Shown: positions 46,371 through 59,659 of the stretch, piece after piece
Numbering within the stretch: position 1 is the first letter of the stretch
Layout of the letters: each line of letters begins with the position of its first letter
Assembly (NCBI RefSeq): GCF_009914755.1
Contig: NC_060947.1
Reading direction: 5' to 3' (one strand)
DNA length: 64,000 bases
Source of the DNA: the human T2T-CHM13v2.0 reference genome, Homo sapiens
Notes under the pieces: model-generated
What the model was told of the DNA's origin: nothing
Databases searched by the model: none
What the model saw: the letters and a program-made list of their open reading frames with translations, nothing else
Translations under genes and position numbers: made by a program

Positions 46371-46498
46371 ATTTTATTTTATTTTATTTTAAGTTCCAGC
46401 GTACATGTGCAAGATGTGCAGGTTTGTTACATAGGCAAACGTGTACCATGGTGGTTTGCCACACAGATAAACCCACCACCTAGGTATTAAGCTCAGCA
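46371..46498 (-). mobile_element. Short L1PA (PA8-PA10-like) 3' end
   Basis: (TTTTA)n, gtacatgtgcaagatgtgcaggtttgttacatagg; TSD g(c/a)cagccttt. Confidence 0.85.
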
Positions 46499-48859
46499 GA
46501 CAGCCTTTCTTATATGCTGCTTATCCATCATTTGATCAAAATTATCTGTTGAATCCTGTTAATCAGGGCATTGTTATAGACACTGGGGATGCAGCAGTGA
46601 ACAAAACAGAAAATATACCTACTGTCTGAGAGCTTACATTCTAGTGGGAACCAAATAGAATCCTGCTCCTCTTCCTCCAGCTCCAGTCCCAGCTTCAACC
46701 TCTGCATCTGTTATTTATTTACTATATTGGGGTTCCAAGTGAGACTTTATTTGAAAAAAACAATCCTGCTCCCAAGAAAATAATGAAAATTGAGAAAGAC
46801 CACTCTAAACAAATGAGATAAATAGATCTAAACTAGATCCATAATTCAAACATAATCGTTTGGATCTTTAAATACCTCTTTTGTTGCATACTAAATAAAT
46901 GCTTTTTTGAGGGGAGACCATCGTTCTAAATATTAATTACATCTGAGTAAAGACTTTGGGCTCAGACAGCAAGAGACTTGAACTCTTTTATTGTCAGGAC
47001 TGCAATAAAGCCCCAAATAAATAAAAATGTTCTACTTTAAAATTACCAAGTGAGAGTTATTTACAGCAAGATTACTTTCTCATTTAATTTTTATTGCAAC
47101 TGCATAAAGTAGGTACTATGATTATCTGATCCTGCAGATAAGGAAACTAAAAGTCAGGAGCAGAAGTAGCAGGGCTTGAGTGGTGTGTGTCTGTATCTCA
47201 TTCATGCAGCCAGTATTTGGAAAAACTGGGATTCAAATCTTTATCTGTTTAATTCTAAAGCCCTGGCATTTTTTTTTACTTGAGCAGATACTCTCTTTTA
47301 AGTCTGAACATGTCTGTGTTTTTGCTCCCAACACTGCTACTAATTAATGGCAATATTTAAGATACTTCACTGATACTTTAGCTAAAGAGCAAGAGCAGTG
47401 TGGATTCACTGCATGTGTCTGGGCTGGGCTGCCCATGGAATCATTTGACTTGTGGCTCCTGGGATTGACCATGCCAGGGAGGGCCTATATTTGAAGGAAG
47501 TCAGTCTTGCCTCCTGTCAGATTCCAGGGATTGAATTTCAAAAAGCTGTGAAGGAAGTGATAGCAATTTATTAGTTCCTTTTCACAGCTTGAAAATTGTC
47601 TGTGGTCCCTATAGAGGCAATCCAGGTTCACAGAGGTACAATGAAACTTTGTAGGAGAAGGGGTGTTGGTGGGCACATTGCACTGCCGAGAAAAGCCAAC
47701 CAAACAGTATATATCCAACTGACTGTGTACCAAGATTTCTACTTTGAATCATGAAGCATAGTACATTGTCTCTTATTTGCCCTCCAACCCTGGCTTCCTC
47801 AAACCCCAATCCCAAAGTCAGTATGCAGCTACAATATTCTGCAAGTCATGGATGCCCTCAATTGGCAAAACATAGTTAGGTCTTTGAGAGCAGATACATT
47901 GGAATCCACCAGATGGTGACATTTCCAAACAAGGTGATGTGGAGCATGACTTTGAACCGTCTGGGAGGTCCGAAGTGTTTACTGATGCCAAACTAAAAGA
48001 ACGTTTCAGATGTTGGTTCAACAGTCAAAGGGCATCTCTAAAACCCATGTAGATGATGGGTCTAAGCAGATGAAAAGAACAGTCTGGTACAGGCTGTTTA
48101 ACAGCAGAAATCAATCATTCGTTCTCTAGACAAGGAACTCTTTAGCTGGTCAAGGACTAAACCCACACTCCCTGAGGGCCCCCAGTACTTTATGTCTTGG
48201 AGAAAGAGATACATGACTAAAAACTAGGGCTGATGTCAGAGATTGCAGCAAGAAAGCAAGTTCCAACATCTATCCTAAGATCAGCCCAGATGAGGCCCCA
48301 TGTCCCGCATGATCTATATCAGTGGTTGGCAAACTTTCAGAAAAGGCAGGCCACAGCTTTATTTAGCCCCTCTAATTTAAGGTTGTGCATGCCAGGAATA
48401 ATTTGAGCATTTGAGGTCTCTCAACTCAACCCTTCACATATGTACAGGAAATATGATTTCTTAAGTATTCAAGGACTTTCTTTTAAAATTCAACTGCAAA
48501 GGCGATCTGGCCAATTTTGTGTGATCCCTGCCTTGACTTTTTCTTGCAGAATATCCTCATGGATGCCTTCACCTGCCTTGACGAAATGTAGCCCCCAGCA
48601 TTCACCTTCCCCCTGGCTTATGCCACACTGCCCTGCAATTTCCCAGGGATTAGAGGATTTATTTTCAAAGGCCAAGCCCCTGGTATTCTCTTTTCCATGG
48701 CCCCCAAGTCCCTTGTCTATCAATTGTAGGGCACATCCAGTCCTTCCCTGTAGGCAGCCTCAATTCCCGCTAGGAATGTTGTGCAGCAAGCTGAACACCT
48801 CAGCCCTAGCAGAGACCACTGAAGCACCTGGGTTCTCTCACCCTCCTCCTTGTTGTTTT

Positions 48860-49390
48860 AGCACTCTTCCCTAGGCTAATTTACTCAATCTCCATGCCAC
48901 TGCTTAAATGTCACTGCTGCGTAAATGTCTTGCCTGATTCGCTGAACTAGATTTCCCTTTTATCCAGTCTCCTAATCCCCCTTGTAGCACTAATCACAAT
49001 TCTAAACTTAAAATTGTTTAAATATGGTTTCATGTCCTCTGTACAGGACTTTAAGATCCATGAGGATAGGGGAAATGTCTATTTTATTCGCCATTGTATC
49101 TCCAGTAGGTAATCAAATTAATAATTACAATATTTACTAATAACAAACACTTGCCTGTGCCAGGCATTGTTCTATGTGTTTATGTGTATTAATTTATTTA
49201 ACCTTCCTATGAGGTTAAATCCTATGAGGTGTCCAGTATTACTATCACTTCTTGAAAGGCAAGGAAATTAAAAGAGAGAGAGGTTAAATAGCTTGCCTAA
49301 GGTCACATAACTAGGAGATGATTGAACTGGGATTTGTACTAAAGTAATAGGTCTTCAAATCCATATCTTTAGTCACTATACTCTAGTGTT
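48860..49390. mobile_element. L2 3' fragment (+) followed by MIR (-)
   Basis: cttaaatgtcact...taagatccatgaggatagggg; gaggttaaatagcttgcctaaggtcaca. Confidence 0.6.
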
Positions 49391-49724
49391 TCTCCCTGGG
49401 ATTAATACATGAATGTGAATGAGGGAAATAAAATGACCACCTCTAACATGTTCCCCAGCTATGATCAGAAGTACTGCTCTTCTTTGACCTCAGAATGGCC
49501 TTTGGTTTGGAAGCTGGAAGTCATACCAAGGAAGTACATATTGACTGGCAATCTCAGTTCAGAAGGGTCCACCAAGTAGAACTGCTTTCTGACAGGCTAG
49601 TGAGAGAACACCTTGGGCTCATCTTTCTTTATATCACACATTGAAAACCACATCCTTAAAAGTCAAACAAGGATTAAGGCAAGTTCTGATCTATAAGACA
49701 AGACAGAAAAGGCTGAACTATACT

Positions 49725-50345
49725 GCATTATTTGGGATTAAGCTCAGTTATGAGCAACAGAAAATCCACAAATAACAAGTTTTCATCTCTTTCATGTTCA
49801 ATAATTTCCAAGGCCATCAGTCCAGGACTGGGACATGGTGTTTCACAGTGACAGGGGCTGTGGATAAAGACACAGGCCAGGGAGCAGGGAAAAAAAGACT
49901 GGAGCTCAGTCAGAGATCTGAACTAGTTCTACAGAATGAAAAGTCAGCAACAAAGAGATAGTAAACAAAACCCTGGGAGCTGGAGACCAAGTCCCTTCTC
50001 TCTTGTTGCTCTGCCACATATAGCTTTCATTCTCAACGTCATCTTGTGGTCCAAGATGACATGTAGAGCTCCAGCAATTTTTTCTTCTATTCTGGTCAGC
50101 AGGAATGAGGAAGGAAAGAAGAATGGCATGCTCTTCTATCTTTAAGTACACTTCCCAAAAGTTGTGTACACCAGTTTTACTTATAGCCCATTTGTCAGAA
50201 CTTAATCACAGGGCCAAATATACCTGCAAGGAAAGCTGTGAAATGTAGTCTTTATTCAAGGTGGCCACATCCCTTGCTTAAAATTAAAGTTTTATTATTA
50301 AGGAATAAGGGGAGATCTGATACTGTGCAACAACTAGTGATCTCA
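49725..50345 (-). mobile_element. Ancient MLT1J/K-like LTR
   Basis: ggtccaagatgacatgtagagctccagc...ttacttatagcccatttgtcagaacttaatcaca...tgcaaggaaagctgtgaaatgtagtcttt. Confidence 0.65.
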
Positions 50346-50419
50346 GCCATAAATATAATAGTTTCTACGCAATACAAGGAAAGCTCCAAGGAATACAAAG
50401 GGGCAAAAGACATATCTGG

Positions 50420-51615
50420 TTAAGGAATCAAGGAGAAACTCCATAGAGGAGTATATGATGAAAATGGGCTTTGAAGCATGTAAAGAATTTTGCTGGGGCA
50501 GATGAGTTGTAAGAAGGGCATTTTAGATAGACATAAGAGCAAGAACAAAGGTATAGAGATTGAAGTAAACAGAACGAATTGTCTTGTTTGACTGGAGAGC
50601 TTAAGATTCAAATTGAGGAGCAGTGGGAGGCAAGGCTGTAATGGAAGGATGGAGTCACTTGGGGAAGGGTTTGAATGTCAGAGCAAAAAGTTTTTGTTTA
50701 ATTTTCTGGGCAAGGAGGAATAACTAAAGGGTTTTGTTCAAAGTAGTTATGTACTTTGAAATCTACTGTAGCAACAGTGTTACAACTTTTGAGCAGACGA
50801 GGAATGAGATCTGAAAACTATTATACAGCAAAAATATGTAGTTTACAGTAGAGGGAGCAGAGAGACACAGTGAGGCTGTTGTAACAGCCAAATGATAACA
50901 CAGGCCTGAATCAAGCAGTGACAGTGAGGGTGAAGAGAAAGAGACAAATACAAGACGCATTGGAGAGACGGAATCTACTGAAATTCACTATTGATTGTGG
51001 AGTGGAGAATGAGTCAGATGATCCTGAGATTTTTAATCTAAGTGGCTGGAAGGAAAATGGACTGTTCATCACAACAGGGAACACAAGAAAAGAAAAGTTA
51101 GGAGTGGGCATAGAAGGGAGATGGAGAGTTCTGTTTGAAGTCTGAGTTCAAAGCACCTTTAGGATATCTAAATGGAGATACATATCAGAAAGCAAGATAT
51201 GAGAATCCGGAACATACAGCAGAGAGTTGGACTACAGATACATTGAGCATAGAAGCAATAACAGAAGCCCTTGGACAGATGAGATTTCAGAATTTGAAAG
51301 TATAAAGAGAGAAAAAAATAGACCAATGTCATGAGGTTTTCAAAGGAAGAGAGTTTCAAGTAGGAGGGGAAGAATGGTCAATAACATCAACTGCAATAGG
51401 GAACTCAAGAAAGATGAAGACTGAGAAAGAACATCAGAGGTAACTAGTGAAACTGAACTGAACTATCTTGGGTGGTAAGGCATTGTAGGAAGTGTTGGGG
51501 AGGTGTGGGTGGCTAGCAAAGCCAGGCAAAAAGCAGAAAGACCCAGATTGCAAGGTATGAAGTGCTGGTGAATGATAGGGAAGTTGAGGTGCTGGTTGTA
51601 GACCACACTTTGAGT
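50420..51615 (-). mobile_element. L2 fragment
   Basis: Purine-rich antisense L2: ggcctgaatcaagcagtg...gagtcagatgatcctgagatttt...gtagaccacactttgagt. Confidence 0.7.
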
Positions 51616-52439
51616 TTTTGGTGCGTGAGTAGGGGTGGGCAACAGATATGCTCACATTCAAGACAGCATAGGATGTCAGTACTGGAAGGGTCCTTAGAAA
51701 TTGCATCTAATTTTCAACTGAACAGTATTAAGAACAAAATCTATATCCACAAAGAGAAACCTAAACACTTTGGCCCTCAGCTGTTACTAACCAAGGACAA
51801 GCCTTTCTTTGGCCCCATAGGAACTCATGTGAACAGGACTTTCAAAACACTCTTCAATCTCATGTACCAATACAGGGAGTGTTTCCAAAGATTCAAAGTT
51901 TGACACCAGGGAACAAATTATCAGTCTTCGCTGAGGAGATACAATATCCCCTCTGGGGACACTTACAGAGAGAGATGTTCCAGTTACAGAAAACAGCATC
52001 CAGAATCCCAAGACAGACAGGATTGTTGGTGTCTACTAGGCCTTGCAAACTGGAAAGTGGGCCTAATCCACTGGCTTCTTTAGCTTACCAGGAGGCTCCC
52101 TCAGATCAGTCCTCAGATATCAGGGATGTAGTCAAGGATGGAGACCTCTGTGGATTTCCAGAAAGCACTTTCAGTTAGTTCTTGGCAGAGGACATAAAGA
52201 CCAGGCACAAGCTTTGTTCTTTATACATGTTCCTTTCTGACCACCTCCAAAGGAAAAAATCAGGCTCCAAGGCTCTGCAGATCATGGTAGAAGGCCACAT
52301 ATTATAGGAGGAAATAAAGACCACACATAAGAAAAAAGCAATGTAATTTTTAAAAAATTAAAAAATGTTCCACCTACTTGATTTTTTAAAAGTTAGAAGT
52401 GGAAACATAAAACCACTACTATTCAATAAATTCAACAAA

Positions 52440-52657
52440 CACAAAAATACCTTAGGTCATCTCAAACAGAAACTCAGTAACCAATAAGCAATAACTCCTC
52501 ATTTTCCTCTCATCTCACCTCCTGGTAACCTCTAATCTACTTTCTATTTCTATGAATTGACCTATACTAGATATTTCACACACATGGCATTATATAATCT
52601 ATGGCATTTTGTATCTGGCTTCTTTCTCTTAGCATAATATTTTCAAGGTTCATCTAA
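52440..52657 (-). mobile_element. L1MB/ME fragment
   Basis: cctggtaacctctaatctactttctatttctatgaattgacc...ttttcaaggttcatc. Confidence 0.7.
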
Positions 52658-53154
52658 GGGGAAGAAGGTGAAATGGGGCATGGGGGTTGGTGATCACAGA
52701 GTGAGGAAAAGGATTAGCCAGACCCTAGGGAAGATGGAAACAGATTGATGAAGACAGAGATTTTAAATTATGAGCAGGGACAGGGAAAGAGGAGACAAGG
52801 AAATTCCATCTTAGAGTTGTGAGAGGGTTTAGGTCTATGGAGAGGGTGGACAAAGATAAAGTGCCGGTCCCAGACTTAGCAAAGATGTATCACAGTAATC
52901 ACTTTGCCTCTGAAATGCTCACTTGCTCTGCAACAATCCAGGAACCACAATTTTCCCACTGGAACATAGTTGTGTATTTATTTTCAAACTGAAAGATTAT
53001 TTTTGAAGTAAAAGTTTATTTACCCATGAAATCCTGAAGGCTTTACACATTTATGAAGGAATGTCTTGGTTTGTAGAGATATCCTTTAGAATCTTCAGGG
53101 TGTCAGCCTTTTAGCTTTAAGTTTAAGCTGTTTATTACTGAAAAGTTTATTTCC

Positions 53155-54260
53155 TAAAACAACAATGAGACATCACCGCACATCTGTTAGAATGGCTAAA
53201 ACCCAAAACATTGATAACACCAAATGCTGATTGGAATGTGGAGCAACAGGGACCCTCTTTCGTTGCCGGTGGGAATGAAAAATGGTACAGCCACTTCAGA
53301 AGACAGTTTGGCATTTTTTTACAAAGCTAAACACATTATTACCACACAATCCAGCAATCACACTTTTTGGTATTTATCCCAATTAGTTGAAAAACTATAT
53401 CCACACAAAAACCTACACATGAATATTTACAGAAGCTTTATTCATAATTGCCAAAACTTGGAAGCAACCAAAATATCCTTCAATAGGTAAATGGATAAAC
53501 AAACTGTGGTGCATTGATACAATGAAATATTATTAAATGATAGAAAGAAATGAATTATCAAGCCACAAAAGACATGGAGGAACCTTAAATGCATAGTGCT
53601 AAGCGAAAGAAGCCAGTCTGAAAAGGCTATATACTGTATGATTCCAACTTCGTTACATTCTGGAAAAGGCAAAACTGTGGAGACAGTAAAAGGTCAGTGG
53701 TTGCCAGGGGTCCTGGGAGAGGGAAGGAAGAGTGAGCAGGTGAAGTACAGGGGAAATTTAGGGCAGTGAAGCTATTCCATATGATACTGTACCTGACATT
53801 ATGCATATGTCATATGTATAATACTGTACATGACATTATGCATTATGCATATGTCATATGTATGATATGCATATATTAGCATTATGCATATGTCATATTT
53901 GTGATACTGTACATGACATTATGCATTATGCATATGTCATGACATTTAGGGCAGTGAAGCTATTCCTTATGATACTGTACATGCCATTATGCATATGTCA
54001 TAACCGGTAGAACTGCACAACACAAAGAGTGAACCATAAAGTGAACTATGGACTCAGGTTAATAATAATGTATTAATATTGGTTCATAAATTGTAACAAA
54101 TTTACCACACTAATACAAGATGTTAATAAAAGGGGAAACTGTGCGCCTGGTCAGAAGGTGGAGGGGTAGGGAAAGGGAATATAAGGGAACTCTTTGTACT
54201 TTCTGCTCATTTTTTCTGTAAACCTAACTACTCTAAAAATAAAGTCTATTAATTAAAAGA
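53155..54260 (+). mobile_element. L1MC-type 3' fragment
   Basis: ORF2 C-terminal remnant, ctggaaaaggcaaaactgtggagacagtaaaagg, 3' end ctaaaaataaagtctatt; probable TSD aaaa(g/a)tttatttcc at 53141-53154 / 54303-54316. Confidence 0.85.
53756..54001. repeat. Compound minisatellite (~40-44 bp units, 5 copies) within L1MC
   Basis: Repeated atactgtacatgacattatgcattatgcatatgtcat; atttagggcagtgaagctattcc heads the first and last units. Confidence 0.88.
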
Positions 54261-54696
54261 GAAGGGCAGATAAAAAGGCAATAAAAAGGCCATGTACTCC
54301 CTAAAAATTTATTTCCCCTTTAATTATCTTGTGGTTGTTGCTATTTATTATCCCTATAAGGATACAACCTAGACTAAAAATCTGGATTTGATTTGTAATA
54401 AGAAAAACACACTCAAAACAAAGACATAAATTTTTATTTCCAGTTCAAACTTTAAAAATTATGAACCCAGGTAGCTTAAATCTCTCCAAGAACAAAGATC
54501 ATCTCAAATCCTTGGAATGTCACTAAGCCTTGTATCACTTAGCTTGTCAATTCTTCTATCAGGTAGCCAGATGTTTCCGTTTGAATGGAATCTTTGCAAT
54601 AACCCTTCTTTTTGGGGATTTATTCTATTAACTGGAAGCTTGTCCCTAGAGCAATGACACTCTTTTATACTTGCTAACTCTATTCGTTTCCAATAC

Positions 54697-55152
54697 AAAT
54701 AGAGGTTTAGGGGTGCCAAAACAGATTACCACAAACTGATTGACTTAAAACAACAGAAATGTATTCTCTCACAATTCTGGACACTAGATATCTAAAAGCA
54801 AGGTATCATCAGCAGGACCACGCTCCCTTTGTGACTCTGGGTAGAATATTTCCTTGTTTCTTTGAAGCTTCTGGTTGTGGCCATCAATTCTTGGCATTTC
54901 TTGGCTTGAGCTACATCACCTAAATCTCAGCCTCTGCCATGGCATTTTCCCTGTGTGTCTCACTTTGTCTCTTCTCCTCTTATAAGGAAATCAGTCATGT
55001 TGGATTATGGGCCTGCTTTACCCTGTTATGACCTCATTTTAATATGATTATATCTACAACAAACATATTTCCAAATAAGGTCACATTCTGAGGTACTGGC
55101 GGTTAGGGCTTCAATATATTTTTTAGGGGGACACAATTTAACTAATCACACT
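54697..55152 (-). mobile_element. MLT1C-like solo LTR
   Basis: ttaccacaaactgattgacttaaaacaacagaaatgtattctctcac...atttccaaataaggtcacattctgaggtactgg. Confidence 0.82.
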
Positions 55153-55919
55153 AACAGAATAATGAGGTCCCATTGTAAGCATGTTTTGACCTTGGTTCTG
55201 AAGTAAGGGCTTCTCAAAAAATGACAGCTTTTACTTAGGATAGCTGTGGGACTCCAGAAAGACCAAAAGTCCCACTCTTTCTACCATGCCTAATCATGTT
55301 TCCTCAGTTAGCAGGCTGAACAATTATTACAGTGTTCTCTACCTAGGCCAGGAGCTCTGAAGAGGTTGCCATTACCAGCCTCACTGGGCAGGAGTGTGCA
55401 GTTCCTTGAAGTCCTTGAGCCTGCCAGCCCATACCACATTCCTAGCACCAACCAAAAATAGGTCTCTAACCCCCTAAATGTTTCACAGCTTTGGTTCTGA
55501 AGTTCTTACTCTAACTGTTCTTGCCCACTTACTTCTGACTCTTTCTGCTTCTGATCTCATTATTCCTTTTACTGATGGTGGTTTTACCTGTCCCTTGGAC
55601 CAGATGTTCAGCACCGTTTCTCCAGCCTTCACCAATGTGTTTCTTCCTGGGCTCCAAATTGAACTCTGCTGAAGACCTTTTTGTAGTCATACATCGTGGG
55701 TAAATACTCACATGTTCATTTGTATGCAAGCACAGCCATCCGCAGAAAGCACTCCCAGCAGGTCATACCACTCTCGTGAACGAGAGCCAAATATCAAGTC
55801 ATGATTTCTAAGATTCTAGGCCATCCCTAAAGGTACCAGGAAAATTTTGACCTTTTGCACTGGGAATGTACTTCTGCATTTATTTTCAAACCTTAAAGTG
55901 TATTTTTTTAAAGGTTTAT

Positions 55920-56482
55920 CATGTGACCCAGCAATCCCATTATTGGGTATATACCCAAATGAATATAAATTATTCTATCATAAAGACACATGCACACATA
56001 TGTTCATTGCAGCACTATTCACAATAGCAAAGACATGAAATCAACCCAAATGCCCATTAATGATAGACTGGATAAAAAAAAATGTGGTACATATACACCA
56101 TGGAATACTACGCAGCCAAAAAAAGGAACAAGATCATATCCTTTGCAGGGACATGGATGGAGCTGGAAGCCATTATTCTCAGCAAACTAATGCAGGAATG
56201 GAAAACCAAACACTGCATGTTCTCATTTATAAGTGGGAGCTGAACAATGAGAACACATGGACACAGGGAGGGGAACAACACACACTGGGGCCTGTCAGAG
56301 GGTGGGGTGGGGGGAGGGAGAGCATTAGGAAAAATAGCTAATGGATGCTAGGCTTAATACCTAGGTGATAGGCTCTTAGGTGCAGCAAACCACCATGGCA
56401 CACATTTACCTATGTAACAAACCTGCACATCCTGCACATGTACCCGAGAACTTAAAAATTAAAATTAATTTAAAAAAGAAAG
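55920..56482 (+). mobile_element. 5'-truncated L1PA (PA11-PA13-like)
   Basis: [11 protein letters not shown]...ALFTIAKT, 3'UTR gcattaggaaaaatagctaatg; TSD aa(a/t)ggtttat. Confidence 0.9.
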
Positions 56483-56559
56483 AATGGTTTATTTGCCCAT
56501 GGAATTCTGAAGGTTTCACATATTTATGAAGGAATATCTTCGGTTGTAGGATCTTAGCA

Positions 56560-57550
56560 GTGTCAAGCTTCTGCCCTCACAGCTTCCCTGGAACAACCCT
56601 AGGAAAGATCCCCAATAGCCTCCTAATCACTGCGTTAAATAAGTTTTGTTTTTCAGGCCTCATCCTACTTGACTTCTCAATGCCGTTCAACACTATTGAC
56701 CACTCTTCATTTCTCAAAAATCTGCCCTCTCTTGACTTTGAGAAATAACGTCTGCTACCTTCTCCAACTTCAATAAACCACTTCTTCACAGTCTCCTCTG
56801 ATCTCTCTTCTTCTGGCCATCCTTTAAGCATTAGGAATTTCTCAGGCTCTCTCCTTGGCTTTTGGTCCTCATGCTACACAGTCTCTGTGGATGATTCCAC
56901 TTACTACCATGGCTTCAGTTATATGTTACTGATTTCCAGATCTGCATCTCCAGCCTCGGCTTCTTTTCTGAGCTCCAGACCTGTCTATCCAGTTACTAAC
57001 TGGGCAATCCTGCTGGGGTAATCTATGGGCTCCTCAAACTCAAGATGTCCAAACAAATCTCACTGATTGCCTCTATTGCTTATGTCAATGAAAATCCCAT
57101 CAGTCTAGATTTGTCTTCCTTTGTTTCTGCTCACATCTAGTCTACAAGTTCTGCCTCTCTTAACTGACCATTTCTCTTTGTACTCACCACCTTTACCCTT
57201 GTCTGAGTCTTCATTATACTTTGTCTGGAACATTTTAATAGCCTCCTGTGTGATTTGCCTCCCACACCAAACCATTCTCCACCCGGCACCCAGAGTGAAA
57301 ATGTCATAGCACGAAACTGGCTGTTTCACCGGCTCTCCACTGCCTACAGGGTAAAGTTCAGTTTCCTTAGCAAAGCATTCAAGAGATGGCCTTTTGGACT
57401 TTGAACCTCATCTTTTGGTTTGTTCCACCACTTCCCCAGAGCTTCAGTCATATCAGACTACTTATAGGACCCCAATATGCATAATGGTTGCATGCCTTTA
57501 CTTAAACTTTTCTCTCTGCCTGGAATATCCTCCTTCTCAACTCACAATTA
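56560..57550 (+). mobile_element. L2 fragment including RT remnant
   Basis: LILLDFSMPFNTIDH matches the L2/CR1 RT motif LLDLSAAFDTVDH. Confidence 0.75.
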
Positions 57551-58084
57551 CTTAGGAAAAGGCTAAGGGCCAGATCTTCTGTTTGAAGATGAGGTAAGAG
57601 AGGCAAACCTATGCACCTATGCGAGAGCTTACTTACTCTTGGGGGAAGTTCCAGCAGACACGCTGTTGGTAAATTGCACCTTTTACATCTGGGCTCTGGA
57701 GCCCTATGGCGTGGTGACCCTGGATCCCTTCCAGGAGCTGCAGGGCAAAGACAACTTCTGTGGTGAACTCTTCTGGATGTGTGTCAGTTCCGGGTGAGGC
57801 TGCAAGGCTGCCAAATTCTCAGGCTGGATCTCCTGCTGGCAGGCTGACAGTTTCTCCATGCCCTGGGTGCCAGCGTTGTGAAGGCTTCTGCTGCGGGGTT
57901 GCAGTTCCCCATAGTTCCACAGACAGCTAGACCTTCCCTTATCTTAGGGCCTGATTCAAAACCGATGGGTGGATAGGACCATTCTCATCCCTACTGGCTC
58001 CTAGGCACAGTACTCCACCTGCAAAAGTGCTGTTGTTTCTCTAAATAACTTATAGGATAACTTCTCTCTCTCCCTCTCTCTCAG

Positions 58085-58320
58085 CATTTATTCAATCAAC
58101 CAGTATTTATTGACTAACACCTATACAGTAGGCATTCTACTAAATACTGAGGACATAGCAATGTACAAAACAAGCAAAAAAACACTGCCTTCTTTTAGCC
58201 TACAGTCCAGTATGGGAGACAGACATTAAATAGAAAGACCTACAAATATTTAATTAATGACAGTTAAGAAGGAAAAAGTGCAATAAAGGAAAAAAGCAGG
58301 GGTTCTATGAAAGAACTGGG
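58085..58320 (-). mobile_element. L2 3' end
   Basis: catttattcaatcaaccagtatttattga...aggcattctactaaatactgagg. Confidence 0.7.
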
Positions 58321-58428
58321 TCTTTACAGCCTGATTTGTGGAAGAAATTACATTCCTCAAATGAGCACAAAGTAATGGTTTTTCTTGACCTTTTAAGTTT
58401 TTCTCCTCTATTTGTAAGATTTTTTTAA

Positions 58429-58922
<494 letters not shown>

Positions 58923-58947
58923 TGACCCCCCGTACCTGCTTGGCATC

Positions 58948-59322
58948 TGTATTAGTTCATTCTCACACTTCTAATAAAGACATACCCGAGACTGGGCAAT
59001 TTATAAAGGAAAGAGGTTTAATTGACTCACAGTTCAGGTTGGCTGGAGAGGCCTCAGGAAACTTACAATCATGCTGGAAGGGGAAGCAAACACATCGTTC
59101 TTCACATGGCAGCAGGAGAGAGAAGAATGAGAGTCAAGCAAAGGGGGAAGCCCCTTATAAAATCATCAGATCTTGTAAGCACTCACTATCATGAGAATAG
59201 CATGAGGGTAACCACCCCCATGATTCAATTACCTCCCACCGGGTCCCTCCCATGACACATGGGGATTATGGGAACTACAATTCAAGATGAGATTTGGGTG
59301 GGGACACAACCAAAACATATGA
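58948..59322 (-). mobile_element. THE1C/D-like solo LTR inside an old, internally repetitive L1M/HAL1-like segment (~58750-59470)
   Basis: tgtattagttcattctcacac...gatttgggtggggacacaaccaaaacatatga; TSD gcatc. Confidence 0.9.
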
Positions 59323-59659
59323 GCATCTGACTCTGCACACCATGCTGGGGCTCTGCAGGGACACCATTCTCACTGTGCTCAATCTCTGACTCCTTCCTCC
59401 AAACTGCCTTTCCATATACCTTGCTCCAGACCTCATGATGGCCTGGGGACTGAATTGTTCAGGAAGAGAAGGAAAAGGAAAGGAAGAGGAACAAGTAAAA
59501 TTCTACCCATTTAACAGGCTCCAACCACTCTGCTGCCTTTAGTATCTGAGGCCACCATACCTCTCACCAGGATTACCTGAGTTACTTCAAAAAGCTCCAC
59601 CTTTTAAAGGGGTCTTTTAAAATGTCATCTCTTTATGAAGCATTTTCTTCTCAATCCAT

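Noticed and set aside
48440-48874. 144-aa ORF
   Set aside because: No recognisable domain; Pro/Ser/Cys-rich composition typical of non-coding frames; runs into an L2 relic.
53756-54001. CRISPR-like array
   Set aside because: Tandem degenerate units without unique spacers, inside a mammalian L1; no cas genes.
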